A DNA stretch of 64,000 nt from an uncultured Peptococcaceae bacterium (GTDB taxonomy: Bacteria; Bacillota; Dehalobacteriia; UBA4068; UBA4997), in contig CAZMTO010000006.1 of NCBI GenBank assembly GCA_964569265.1, positions 2,366 through 66,365 of the forward strand. The letters are read 5' to 3'. Shown piece by piece: positions 9,801 to 20,171 of the stretch (positions are counted from its first letter, which is position 1; each line of letters opens with the position of its first letter). The translations under genes were made by a program, and so were the position numbers. The notes under the pieces were generated by a model that did not search any database, had not been told where the DNA came from, and saw only the letters and a list, made by a program, of their open reading frames with translations.

Positions 9801-10140
9801 ATTTATATGACACAGCAGATGTGCCGCTATTGTCAATTCCGGTATACCAGAAGGGCAAATGTGTGCCAGATGCAAGCACGACACCGCAGATGGTGTGCAG
9901 TTGTCCCTTCTGGCGACGAGTCGCCGGAGGCGTACTAAAGTACGCGCGCCTTGCGAGGAGACTGACGACACAGCAGATGTGCCGCTATTGTCAATTCCGG
10001 TTACGCACCCAAAGTCAGAGAATTGCAAGAGTGGTACAGATACGCGAAGTCAGGCGACGAGTCGCCGGAGGCGTACTAAAGTACGCCGACAAGCGAGGAG
10101 ACTGACGACAAAGTAGATGTGCCGCTATTGTCAATTCTCT
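9801..10140 (+). repeat. Structured repeat locus B (mosaic array of rod units)
   Basis: Full unit 10017-10140, internally deleted unit 9847-9913, partial units 9801-9842 and ~9912-10000; shares GGCGTAC-loop-GTACGCC and GATGTGCCGCTATTGTCAATT with loci C and D. Confidence 0.92.
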
Positions 10141-11222
10141 TCCTCAAACTTCTTCATAAACGCTACCAACGCTTCCACACCCTCCATAGGCATAGCGTTG
10201 TAAATAGAAGCACGCATACCGCCAACCGAACGGTGACCCTTAAGGTTAGAGAAACCGGCTGCGGTGCTTTCCTTAACAAACTTGGCGTCCAAATCAGCAT
10301 CACCGGTGCGGAAGGTAACGTTCATCAGGCTGCGGCTGCCCTTATCGGCAACAGCGTGGAACATCTTGCTGTTATCCAGATAATCGTACAGCAAAGCGGC
10401 CTTTTTACGGTTAATTTCTGCCAGTGCCTCTACGCCGCCCAGAGAATCGATCCATTCCAGAACCAGCTTGCAGATGTAAATGGGATAGCACGGCGGAGTG
10501 TTATACATCGAATCGTTATCAGCGTGGGTACGGTAATCCAGCATAGTGGGGGTACCCGGCAGGGGCTCCTTCAGCAAATCCTTGCGGATAATAACGATGG
10601 TAACACCGGCAGGTGCCAGATTCTTTTGCGCGCCGGCATAAATCATACCAAATTTGGTTACATCAACAGGCTCGCTTAAAATGCAGGAAGACATATCGGC
10701 TACCAGCGGTACATTGCCGGTTTCCGGAATATAGGGGTATTTGGTGCCGTAAATGGTGTTATTAAAGCAAATGTGTACATAATCTGCGTCAGCCGACAAA
10801 TCCAGCTCAGACTGTTCGGGCACGCGCACAAAGTTTTCTCCCTTGGTGCTGGCAGCACAGTGAATATTGGGGGTAAACTTCTGAGCTTCTTCGTAAGCTT
10901 TTTTAGCAAAGCTGCCGGATACAACGTAATCTGCCTTACCTTCGGGAGAAGAAAGCAAATTCATCGGCACCATAGCAAACTGGGTAGAAGCACCACCCTG
11001 CAAAAACAGCACTTTATAATCTTCGGGGATGTTCATTACCTTGTGGAACAAAGCCTCGGCCTGAGTAATAATATCATCAAAATACTTAGAGCGGTGGCTC
11101 ATTTCCATTACAGACATACCGGAACCGCCATAATTCAGCAGCTCTGCCTGTGCTTTCTCCAAAACCGGCAGCGGCAGCATAGAAGGGCCGGCCGAAAAGT
11201 TAAAAATACGATTTTCCGTCAT
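10131..11222 (-). CDS. serC: Phosphoserine aminotransferase
   Basis: FNFSAGP, EMSHRS, LQGGAS, AGAQKN (PLP lysine), GHRSVGGMRASIYNA. Confidence 0.97.
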   Translation of the reverse strand: MTENRIFNFSAGPSMLPLPVLEKAQAELLNYGGSGMSVMEMSHRSKYFDDIITQAEALFHKVMNIPEDYKVLFLQGGASTQFAMVPMNLLSSPEGKADYVVSGSFAKKAYEEAQKFTPNIHCAASTKGENFVRVPEQSELDLSADADYVHICFNNTIYGTKYPYIPETGNVPLVADMSSCILSEPVDVTKFGMIYAGAQKNLAPAGVTIVIIRKDLLKEPLPGTPTMLDYRTHADNDSMYNTPPCYPIYICKLVLEWIDSLGGVEALAEINRKKAALLYDYLDNSKMFHAVADKGSRSLMNVTFRTGDADLDAKFVKESTAAGFSNLKGHRSVGGMRASIYNAMPMEGVEALVAFMKKFEEEN

Positions 11223-11360
11223 AATAATCAATCTCCTTTACTGTTTTTTATTTTTATATAGGCAAAAATTTTTACATATAATAATTGCTATACGGCTTTA
11301 TTGTAGCATTTTTAACCAAACATAGCAAGCAAAATAGTAAATATTACGCAGCATTTATGC

Positions 11361-11404
11361 AAAAAAACAAACTGCCGGCAATGGTATACATCACCGACAG
11401 TTTG
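11361..11404 (-). terminator. Intrinsic terminator after the giant surface protein gene
   Basis: Minus-strand stem AAACTGTCGG...CCGGCAGTTT followed by a T-run. Confidence 0.7.
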
Positions 11405-11441
11405 GTTATTTACTTAAAACACACCGGGCGCCGCCAAAGGC

Positions 11442-14400
11442 TTAGTTTTGCGCACTGCGGTACAAAAACGTTACCATTTGCGCGCGGGTACAAACTGCAC
11501 CGGGCATAAATTCGGTAGCGCTTACGCCCTTGGTAATGCCCTGTTCTACCGCCCACTGCACGGCGTCAGCGTAATACGCATCGGCTGCAACGTCGGTAAA
11601 CCGCTTGGCGTTGCCGCCGGGTTGGGGTGTTGCTGCCGCCCGCCACATAAACGCCGCCATTTGCGCACGGGTACAAACGGCATTGGGCATAAATTCGGTA
11701 GCACTTACGCCCTTGGTAATGCCCTGTTCTACCGCCCACTGCACTGCCTTGGCATAATAAGCGTCAGCCGCAACATCTGTAAAGACGGTGCTGTTGGCAA
11801 GCGGTGCAAAGTCGTTCAGCAACTCTATATGGGCGCTGCCGTTTACCGTAAAGCTTACCTTTCCGTCGGCATAATCAGCTTTAACTACCGTGGTTTTACC
11901 GGTCTTTTTATCGGTAACCCGTACCGATACCGTACCGTCCTCGTCACCAAGGTCGGTAGGCAGCTCTACTTTGGTGCCACCACTGATACCGCCGGGCACG
12001 GTAACATCGGCAGTTACATTACCCTTAGCATCAGTAACGGTTTTTATCTCTACACCGTCGGCAGTTTTTTCGGTAACTGTCACAGTGCCGTCCTTTTTGC
12101 TTACCACCGTCACTTCCGAACCGTCTTTGTACTTGGTGGTTTCAGTAACGGTATTGGTGCGCTCGTCGGTTACCGTGGTTGTCGTTGATCCATCGTCATT
12201 TTTGGTGGTAGTAGTGGTTGTGTTGCCGGCAACTGCACCGCCGCCACCGCCGCCACCGGTACTGCCGCCGCCACCGCCCGAACTGCTGCCGCCGTTGCCT
12301 ACGGTGTAGTTAAGCGTACAATAGTTGGGGATAAATTCGCCGGTAGCTGTATCTTCGGCATAAGTGGTAACCTTTACTTTGGCTTTGCCGTCCTGCATAC
12401 CTTTAACGTATATGGCGGCATCGCCGGTAATCGTCAGGGTTTTGCCGTCATCACTTATCGTGTAATTCTGCTCATCAGCATCGGTATAAACCGCTATGGC
12501 CCCTGTCGGCAGATCGGCTGCGGCACTTACACCGCGGCTGCGCATAAAGTTGTTGGCGGGGGTAGCATAGCCGCCTTCTATGGTTATAACGGCCTTAGAA
12601 CTGGTTTCGGTAGTATCTTCGGTGATAAACTTGTATACCTTTAAGCCGTTTTTCAGCAAGCCGACATCACCGAAAAATTCTTTGTCCAGCAGAGAGGTGG
12701 ATTCACCCTCTATATAGTCCTTTACTTCGTCCTGCACCCATTCAAAAAAGCTGCCGTGGCGTGCGTGAACAATTCCTACATCGTAGGGTATGCTGGTGGT
12801 GCTGCCCTCTAACGTGGTAACAAACACCCCGGTAAGATAATAGCCTACATCAAACGGGCCAAGGTCGGCAAGCTCCAGCGCCGAATTAAACCAGGTGGTG
12901 GTAGAAAAATCAATGGTTACAGAACCGCCCGGAGCCAGCGCATCTATCTTTTGGGTCATATTTTCGCCAAAATCGTCCTGATTAAGCTCCAGCTTACCCA
13001 GCTTGTCGCCTATTTGCAGCACCTTAAACTGCTCGGCACCGGTAATGCCAAACGACAAATTATACAAAAATTTGTCCGAAACATTTTGCAGCTTAAACTG
13101 TACGTGGTATTCCTCACCGCGATAAGCAATATCTTCGGCTGTAATTTGCAAATGCAGCGCACTGCCGGCATATACCTTTACCGGTTTATCGGTGGTAAAG
13201 GTTTTGCAAAAAGCTTCCGGGTTATTACCGGTAACCGTAGCGGTCAGGTTATATTCACCCTCTTTGTCGCCGCGAACATACCAGTTGGCTTTAGCCGTGT
13301 TTGCCCGGTTTACATTGTTTACCTTATGGCCTATGGTGCCTATGGTTTGCGTTGCCTGCTGCTCGGCACCCTTCATAGCCGCCAGCGACAATCCCTCCGG
13401 CAGGTCAAGCGTAGCTACACAATCGGTAATATCATCGCTGTAAGAATTATTGATAACCAGCAGCTCTACGTTATACATCTCTTTAAGCCAGTGTGCCTCG
13501 CCGTAAATTACCAGCACAAAGTTTTCGGATATGGGGAACAGACCAATGTTAAAGTTGCCGCCCCAAAGGCCGCCGCCGCCACCGCTGCCGGAGCCGCCAC
13601 AGCTTGTCCAGCCCCAGCCGCTGCCGCCGACAAACTTACCGGCCTGGTTAAAGTAGCCGGTAACCGGCAAATCAAACGGCAGGGCAGGCCCGGCCACAAA
13701 GCTAAAGGTAGCTTCAAACTTCCATACGTGTTCGTTGTCGGGGTCGTTAACATCAATACCGGCGGCCAGAATTTCATTGTAAGTCATTTCGGTGTGGCTC
13801 AAAGAACCATCTACCGTGCTTACATTTATCGGGGTCATTGCCAGCTTATATGCAAAGGTGCCGTCATCGGCGGCCTTTACCGCTACACTGCGGGTTGCCG
13901 GCACATAGCCCTGTGCCACTGCCGATACCGTATTGCTGCCGTGGGGTACAATAACCACAGCCCGGCCGTCTGTATCGGTTATTACGGTGGTTTCAAAGCC
14001 CTTGCCGTCAAACACCTTTACTTCGGCACCGGCCACAGCGGGGGTACCTTCAGCATAGCCGTTTACCACAGTAACCGTCATCAGGGCGTGGGCAGCATCT
14101 TCAGCCGCAACATCGTATACGGTCATTGTTTTTTCTGCCGTAGCACTGTTGCCGGCTTCGTCCAAAACCGTAAGGCTTACCGTGTAGGTACCGGCTGCCG
14201 TATAAGTATGATTGGGGCTGCTGCCCTCAGCTTCGGCACCGTCACCAAAGCTCCACTTGTAAGCCGCTATAACATCGTTATCACTCGAACCCGTTGCCGA
14301 AAATTCAAACGGCACACCAACTGCCGCGGTAAGGGTTTCCGGCATCATTACCGCCACCGGCTTTTCTGTATCGGCCCCCACCGATTGCGCCGCCACAACA

Positions 14401-17400
14401 TTACTGTAGGCAGCAGCACCGTAGCGGTCTACCGCAGCTACCATAAAATAGCCGCTGCCGTCTGCCGCCAGCTTTACGGTATAATTGGTGCCTGCCCCGG
14501 CAGCCACAGTAGCCACCTGTTGGCGCTCGGTGCCGGCTGCATCGGTTTTATAAACCACATAGCGTGCCAGTGTATCGCTGTCTCCGGGGTATGTCCAGCT
14601 AAGGTGGGCTGCCTTATAAGCATTTTGGGCCTGCAAAACGGGTGCCTTGGGCGCATTATACGGCAAAATTTTAACTGTACGTGTTATTTGTGCCGGTGCG
14701 TTGGCCACAAAGCCGCTGCCCTCGGCAACATCGTTTATGCTGTCATCCCAAACTGTAGCCCGCAGCAGATATTCACCCTCGGCAATACCGGCAATATTCC
14801 AATCATAGACAAAGGTGGTATTGTTAACCAAACCGTTTACCGGTACTTCGGCTATTTGCTGCCAGGCGTCATCACCGCTGCCCACCGGGCGGTAATCCAA
14901 AACCATTTTGCTCAGGCGATAATTGTCGGCCGCAGTAACACGTATGCTGACGTCTTTGCGCAGCTTGGCATTTTCTGCCGGCAGCATATCACCAATAGTG
15001 GGGCTTTGGTTATCTGCCGTAAGCACTGCATACTGCCCGGCCATGGGGGCACTTTCGTTGCCGTATTTATCAATAGCCGTTACATAATAATAGTAAGGTT
15101 TGCCGGCCTCTACGCTGGTGCCGTCATCATAATAGCCAATAGTTTTTACGCCGCTAAGCAGGGTATATTCGCCGTTTAAAGCTTCGGCACGGTATACATT
15201 AAACTGCTCAAAGTCCTCAGGCGGTGTATAAGCAGTATCCCACATCACCTTAATATAGCGGCTGGTACCGGTAACCGTCACGTTAGTCGGGGCCGGCGGC
15301 GGTGTATTGTCTAAGGTAACGGTACACTGCTGCGGCGTGCTGGCGTTGGCGCGCAGGTCATAGGCTACGGCCTTTATGGTGTAGTCACCGCTTGCCAATG
15401 CCGAAGCAACCCAGGTGTAAGCATCGGGGCGGTAGGTTTTGCCGCCTGCTGCGTTGGTAAGCGTTGCTATTTCGGTATATTCGGTGCTGCCTGCCGCTGC
15501 ATAATACAGCACTATCTTGTTTACACCTACGTTATCTTCGGCTGTAACCATAATACTTACGGCCTTGCCGCTCATAGTTTCACCGGCAGCAGGCGTTTTT
15601 AAGCTTACGGTCGGCGGTATTTCGTCCTGCTTAATGTTAACCGTCATTTCAGTGCCGGCAACCTGTGTGCCCTCACTGTCTGCCGCCATAAAGCGCACGG
15701 TATATTCGCCCGCCGCGATATCCTCTATCTGCCAAATACCGCTGTAGTGGCCCACCTTGCCGGCAGCAAGGTCAAGCTCTGCCCAATCAGCAGCAGTTTT
15801 AAGCTTATACTGCAATTTAGCGGTTGCCCCGGCAAGGTCATACGCCGCATCGGCAGTATCTAACACCAGCGTCACATTTATGCCCTTGGGGTATTCCTCT
15901 TTAACGTATTCTGCCGCCAAAACGGTGCTGCTGGCAATTTTCAGCTCGGCTGCCTGCAAAGTAGCCGTTGCCCCGGCAGACTGATTACCGGCGCGGTCGG
16001 TGGCATAAACCGTATAGGTATGCGCCGCAGCGGTCAGGCTGCTGTCGGTATAGGCAGTTTGGTTATAAGACAGCTCGGCAATCGGCTGTTCACCGCCGTC
16101 ACGGTATACCAAATACTTATATACCGCTACGTTGTCGGTAGCAGCCGCCCAGTTAAAGCTGATAAATTTGGTGCCGTGTGCCGTCAATGTCGGGGTACCC
16201 GGTGCCGTAGGGGCAATATCATCACCCAGCGCCACCTGTTTGGCCGCCGACTTATTACCGGCTTCATCTACTGCCACCACCTTAAACGCCGCGTCGGTAA
16301 CGTTTGCGGCAATATAGCTGGTATCGGTGTAGGCGTCAGCTTCTCCCTTTACCAAAACATCATTGCGCCAGATGAGATAATAAGCTATATTAGCTTCGGT
16401 GCAATCCCAGGTAATAACAGCATTGCCATTATCCGCTGCCGTTGCTTTAAGCGAATTTAACACCGGCGCCACGGTATCTACATACAAAGCGTTATATGTA
16501 CTTAAACCGGTAGTATCATGCACATATACACTATATCGATTATCAGTCAGCCCGGTAAATGCTATGCTGAATTTACCCTCTCCGTCTGCCGTTACCGTTT
16601 GGGTTTTGTCGTAGCCTAACTGAACGGTTACTTGGGTATTGGGGGTAGCCACACCGCTAAGTGTAAAGTCAGTGGTGTTGATATAAAGGTTATAGCTGCT
16701 GCCCCAGGCATCCAACTTAATTTCATTGCTGCCAAAGGTAATGGGCAGGGTTTGTTGGGCATAAACCGTATCACCGGCAATATCGGTTAAATACAGCTTT
16801 ACGGCCGCAAAATTATAGTTAGACGAATAAAACGGCCAATCGTCGCTGTTTAAAACCGTAACAAAGCTGTAGCCGTTGGCCACCTGCCCCTTGTAGGTAA
16901 GCGGGTATTCCGAATAATATTTGCTGCCATCGTTTTCAATAAATTCGGCATAGGCCGATGTAAGCTGCGCCGCCGATACCAGCTCCAGCTTAAATTCGGA
17001 GTATTTCGGCACCAACGAGGTTTCAGCGTCATCTACCAGCAGTTTGGCGCTTACTATCGCCGGTACTTCCAATTCCGCCACCTTGTTGCAAGTCCAGCTA
17101 TATACGGCACTTTGGCTGCCGTCGGCAGCTTTAAACTGCACATAAACCGTTTTAACGCCGTCGCCGTCGCCAAGTGTCAGGCTTTGGTCATAAAAATCGC
17201 GCACCGGCTTATAATCCACACCGGCAAAGCTTTTATCTTCGGCATAGCGCACATAAGCATAGCCGGGCAAATAGGTTTGCAGATAAATGGTATTCCGGTC
17301 GGTAAAGTACAAAATTTCTTCCAAATTATAGTAAGAACCGTTGCGTACCTCGTAATAGCCTTTTATGGCAGGCCCCTGATTTTTAGCAGTGTTCCAGCTT

Positions 17401-19721
17401 ATATAGCAGCTTACCGCCCCTATATAAACACCGTCCTGCTGCACCTCTATGGTATAAGACCCATTGGGCAAATCAGTCGGCAGGCCGCTTACCGTCAGCT
17501 TTTCGGGGCTTACATAGCCAAGTGTCATGTTGGCCGGCTTAACAGCGGCAGCATCATCCCGGCTGTAAAGCACACCGGTATAAGCAGCGTCGGCTGCCAA
17601 ATTACTGCAACCTGTAATTACAAGCGTTTTGCTGCTGTTATCAGCTTCGGTATTGCCCAGCACCACAGCACCGGCAGGCAAAACCTCAAAGGTGCGGCGG
17701 TTGCCGTAGGTATAGCTGCCAAAGGTCAGCGGCTCGTCTAATGCAAGCTTAACCAGCCAGCGGCCATTGCTGTAGCTAAGGGCAGGCTCGCTGTAGGTCA
17801 CGCCTATTTCCGTCGCTTTGTTTACAATATTAAACTTATGATTGGCAACATAATCCGCCGGCAAATTTTTAATGCTGTAATCGCTGTAGTAAAACGTCAG
17901 CTCTTTATCACCGGCAAATATCGGCTCTGTCACATAATAATACGTCGGTTCCACCACATCGGCAATATAGCTTAATGCGGCATAACGCTTGCTGTAGTCG
18001 GCAGCGTTTACCGTTTGGCCGTTGTTGGTAAATTGCAGGGTATAGGTGTGATCGGCAGCAAATGCAGCAGGCTTGGCCAGCATAAACAGCACCTCGCCGT
18101 CGTCCTGCGGCACACCGTCAGCCTCGGCAACCGCCTTATTACCGTCGGTAACATCCAGCAGAGCGGCAGTTACCGTGCCGTTTGCGCCGTAAAATTCGGC
18201 AGTTACCGCCATTTGGTCAAAGTTGAACCAAAAACCGGCGTTGTTGTAATCCATTTGCCTTATGCTAAGCCAGCCAAGGTCAAAGGTATCGGTCTCGGTT
18301 TGGGCGCCCTCAATATCATCGGTGACCGCCAGCTCATCTTCTCCGTAAAAAATGCGGTAGTAAGTGCCGCTTTGCAGCGGGGTATCGGTGGTAAAGCTGC
18401 CGCTAAAGGTATAGTAAACAGCATCGTTTTTGTTGTAGGTGGCCTTTTGCACCGCAGAATAGGTTGCCGCTATCGCCGTCAGCTTTTTGCTGCTTTGGTC
18501 ATAGTAGCGCAGGGTAAAGCTTATGGCGTCCTTTTCGTAGATATCCAGCAGCATATTGCAGCCCATAAGCTTAAAGCTGTAGGCGTTATTGCCGGTTTGG
18601 GTAATATCCAGCGATGCATACTGGTTAAGATACGAATTTTCGGAGCGGTAATACAGGTTATCGCTTTCGCCATCGGTATTGCTTACGGTTACATAAATAT
18701 AGTTGTTGCCATAGGTGCTTATCGGCAGCACCAGGCCGTTTCTGCTAAGCGTTATAGCATAGCTGCCAATGCCCTCATTCATTTGGGGCACCAGCTTGCC
18801 GCTGTACAGCAGTTCGCCATCATAAGCATCACCAAGACGTGCTTCTACCGTGTATTCAGCACCGGCCTTTACACCGCCGGCCGTTACCGTTAAGCCACCG
18901 ACAATACTATCATCGGGGGCAACCGTAAGCACAGCCAGCGACTGCACCGGTCGGCTGTAGGCAGTGGCCGAAATTTTAAGTTGGTTGGTATAAATATTGC
19001 CCTTATCAGCAGATATTTGCAAATAATACTCGGTATTTTCGGCAAGGGGTGCTTGCGGGGTAAGCAGCCAGCTTACTGTATACTGCCCCCAGTTTTGCTC
19101 GTAAGAACCGCTGTAAACCGCAGAACAGGCAATCTCCGTCATATCATCGGCCTGCACCAAGGCAAAGCGGTAGTTATCTGGGTTACCGGTATAGCCGTCA
19201 ATATACAGGTTAACCTCTGATGCTGCACCCGCAGTGGCATCAAGCCTTAAATAGCCGCCGGTTACCAACGGAGCATTTTGCACCTGCAAAACATAGGGTA
19301 TAGCTTGCGTATTAACGTTTTCTACAGTGCCCCAAATAAGGTTAAGCCGATAAGTACCGGGCGCCAAAGCCTCAAACATATACAAATCGGTGGCATAAAA
19401 TTCGCCGTTGTACATTGTTTTGCCGGCAGTTTGCGCCACCACCGTGCCATCACTGTTTACGGCCTGCACACGTGCCACATGGCTGCCGCTTACATCAACG
19501 GTAATTTCTGGCAGGTTTACACTGGTTGCCCCGGCCGATGCATATATCACCGTATCGTCACCGCCCAGCGCACTTATGGGGTACATAACCTCGTCGGTAA
19601 CAGGCAACAGCAACGTATTGTGCTGCCCCGCCAAAGCCACCGTATGCATTGACACCAACAGCGCTATAAGCACCGCTGCCGCCAAAAGCAAATATCTCTT
19701 TGATTTTGAACAACTTTTCAT
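11442..19721 (-). CDS. Giant (~2760 aa) SLH-anchored surface protein with FN3, Ig-like and PKD domains
   Basis: Signal peptide; FN3-like motifs (W..ATDNVAV..Y.VYR); PKD motif (YKWSFGDG..HTYTAAGTYTVSLTV); Gly/Ser and Thr-rich linker; two C-terminal SLH repeats (FTDV..AV.WA..GI..G..F.P..TRAQ). Confidence 0.88.
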   Translation of the reverse strand: MKSCSKSKRYLLLAAAVLIALLVSMHTVALAGQHNTLLLPVTDEVMYPISALGGDDTVIYASAGATSVNLPEITVDVSGSHVARVQAVNSDGTVVAQTAGKTMYNGEFYATDLYMFEALAPGTYRLNLIWGTVENVNTQAIPYVLQVQNAPLVTGGYLRLDATAGAASEVNLYIDGYTGNPDNYRFALVQADDMTEIACSAVYSGSYEQNWGQYTVSWLLTPQAPLAENTEYYLQISADKGNIYTNQLKISATAYSRPVQSLAVLTVAPDDSIVGGLTVTAGGVKAGAEYTVEARLGDAYDGELLYSGKLVPQMNEGIGSYAITLSRNGLVLPISTYGNNYIYVTVSNTDGESDNLYYRSENSYLNQYASLDITQTGNNAYSFKLMGCNMLLDIYEKDAISFTLRYYDQSSKKLTAIAATYSAVQKATYNKNDAVYYTFSGSFTTDTPLQSGTYYRIFYGEDELAVTDDIEGAQTETDTFDLGWLSIRQMDYNNAGFWFNFDQMAVTAEFYGANGTVTAALLDVTDGNKAVAEADGVPQDDGEVLFMLAKPAAFAADHTYTLQFTNNGQTVNAADYSKRYAALSYIADVVEPTYYYVTEPIFAGDKELTFYYSDYSIKNLPADYVANHKFNIVNKATEIGVTYSEPALSYSNGRWLVKLALDEPLTFGSYTYGNRRTFEVLPAGAVVLGNTEADNSSKTLVITGCSNLAADAAYTGVLYSRDDAAAVKPANMTLGYVSPEKLTVSGLPTDLPNGSYTIEVQQDGVYIGAVSCYISWNTAKNQGPAIKGYYEVRNGSYYNLEEILYFTDRNTIYLQTYLPGYAYVRYAEDKSFAGVDYKPVRDFYDQSLTLGDGDGVKTVYVQFKAADGSQSAVYSWTCNKVAELEVPAIVSAKLLVDDAETSLVPKYSEFKLELVSAAQLTSAYAEFIENDGSKYYSEYPLTYKGQVANGYSFVTVLNSDDWPFYSSNYNFAAVKLYLTDIAGDTVYAQQTLPITFGSNEIKLDAWGSSYNLYINTTDFTLSGVATPNTQVTVQLGYDKTQTVTADGEGKFSIAFTGLTDNRYSVYVHDTTGLSTYNALYVDTVAPVLNSLKATAADNGNAVITWDCTEANIAYYLIWRNDVLVKGEADAYTDTSYIAANVTDAAFKVVAVDEAGNKSAAKQVALGDDIAPTAPGTPTLTAHGTKFISFNWAAATDNVAVYKYLVYRDGGEQPIAELSYNQTAYTDSSLTAAAHTYTVYATDRAGNQSAGATATLQAAELKIASSTVLAAEYVKEEYPKGINVTLVLDTADAAYDLAGATAKLQYKLKTAADWAELDLAAGKVGHYSGIWQIEDIAAGEYTVRFMAADSEGTQVAGTEMTVNIKQDEIPPTVSLKTPAAGETMSGKAVSIMVTAEDNVGVNKIVLYYAAAGSTEYTEIATLTNAAGGKTYRPDAYTWVASALASGDYTIKAVAYDLRANASTPQQCTVTLDNTPPPAPTNVTVTGTSRYIKVMWDTAYTPPEDFEQFNVYRAEALNGEYTLLSGVKTIGYYDDGTSVEAGKPYYYYVTAIDKYGNESAPMAGQYAVLTADNQSPTIGDMLPAENAKLRKDVSIRVTAADNYRLSKMVLDYRPVGSGDDAWQQIAEVPVNGLVNNTTFVYDWNIAGIAEGEYLLRATVWDDSINDVAEGSGFVANAPAQITRTVKILPYNAPKAPVLQAQNAYKAAHLSWTYPGDSDTLARYVVYKTDAAGTERQQVATVAAGAGTNYTVKLAADGSGYFMVAAVDRYGAAAYSNVVAAQSVGADTEKPVAVMMPETLTAAVGVPFEFSATGSSDNDVIAAYKWSFGDGAEAEGSSPNHTYTAAGTYTVSLTVLDEAGNSATAEKTMTVYDVAAEDAAHALMTVTVVNGYAEGTPAVAGAEVKVFDGKGFETTVITDTDGRAVVIVPHGSNTVSAVAQGYVPATRSVAVKAADDGTFAYKLAMTPINVSTVDGSLSHTEMTYNEILAAGIDVNDPDNEHVWKFEATFSFVAGPALPFDLPVTGYFNQAGKFVGGSGWGWTSCGGSGSGGGGGLWGGNFNIGLFPISENFVLVIYGEAHWLKEMYNVELLVINNSYSDDITDCVATLDLPEGLSLAAMKGAEQQATQTIGTIGHKVNNVNRANTAKANWYVRGDKEGEYNLTATVTGNNPEAFCKTFTTDKPVKVYAGSALHLQITAEDIAYRGEEYHVQFKLQNVSDKFLYNLSFGITGAEQFKVLQIGDKLGKLELNQDDFGENMTQKIDALAPGGSVTIDFSTTTWFNSALELADLGPFDVGYYLTGVFVTTLEGSTTSIPYDVGIVHARHGSFFEWVQDEVKDYIEGESTSLLDKEFFGDVGLLKNGLKVYKFITEDTTETSSKAVITIEGGYATPANNFMRSRGVSAAADLPTGAIAVYTDADEQNYTISDDGKTLTITGDAAIYVKGMQDGKAKVKVTTYAEDTATGEFIPNYCTLNYTVGNGGSSSGGGGGSTGGGGGGGAVAGNTTTTTTKNDDGSTTTTVTDERTNTVTETTKYKDGSEVTVVSKKDGTVTVTEKTADGVEIKTVTDAKGNVTADVTVPGGISGGTKVELPTDLGDEDGTVSVRVTDKKTGKTTVVKADYADGKVSFTVNGSAHIELLNDFAPLANSTVFTDVAADAYYAKAVQWAVEQGITKGVSATEFMPNAVCTRAQMAAFMWRAAATPQPGGNAKRFTDVAADAYYADAVQWAVEQGITKGVSATEFMPGAVCTRAQMVTFLYRSAQN
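11474..11782 (-). repeat. Intragenic tandem duplication encoding the two SLH domains (period 183 bp)
   Basis: Near-identical DNA, e.g. GGGCATAAATTCGGTAGC.CTTACGCCCTTGGTAATGCCCTGTTCTACCGCCCACTGCAC occurs twice. Confidence 0.85.
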
Positions 19722-20017
19722 CTTACAACTTCCTTCCAATTTCAATTTGTTTTGGCCGCCTGCAACAGCCGCTAAATGCAGGTTTACCGCCTCCCCCTTT
19801 TAAAACAACCGCGCCATAAAAATCCAATATATGGCAATTATACCACGCAAACCTGTTACAGAGCAAGTATATAAAAGCTTGTATGCACTTTTTGGGCGTT
19901 TTTAACCCCAAATTATAAATTGCCCTTTAAACATAAAAAAACCGCCTCTGCTGCGCCAACAGCAAAAGCGCTCCATTTTCAACTGCTTTTAAGATTTTCA
20001 GAAAAGGAGTGATTTTT

Positions 20018-20116
20018 ATGTCCATTTACAAAATGCCCGGCAAAAAAAACGGCCTCCGGCGTTACCGCGTGCGCATAGCTCGCACCGATTTTTCTGTATC
20101 TCTGTCTTTTTATTGA
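20018..20116 (+). pseudogene. Probable N-terminal relic of a tyrosine integrase (arm-binding domain)
   Basis: RBS AAAGGAG, then MSIYKMPGKKNGLRRYRVRIARTD..., which resembles N-termini of clostridial phage integrases (recognised by pattern, not by search); truncated at 32 aa; points toward the tmRNA 3' end. Confidence 0.55.
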
Positions 20117-20171
20117 TGTTATGGGCAAAAATACGGCTGTATGCCTTTTGTTATTTAAAGGAAATGAATCG

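Noticed and set aside
12180-12300. GCC/CCG and GTA/GTG microsatellite-like run
   Set aside because: It encodes the Gly/Ser/Thr linker of the giant surface protein.
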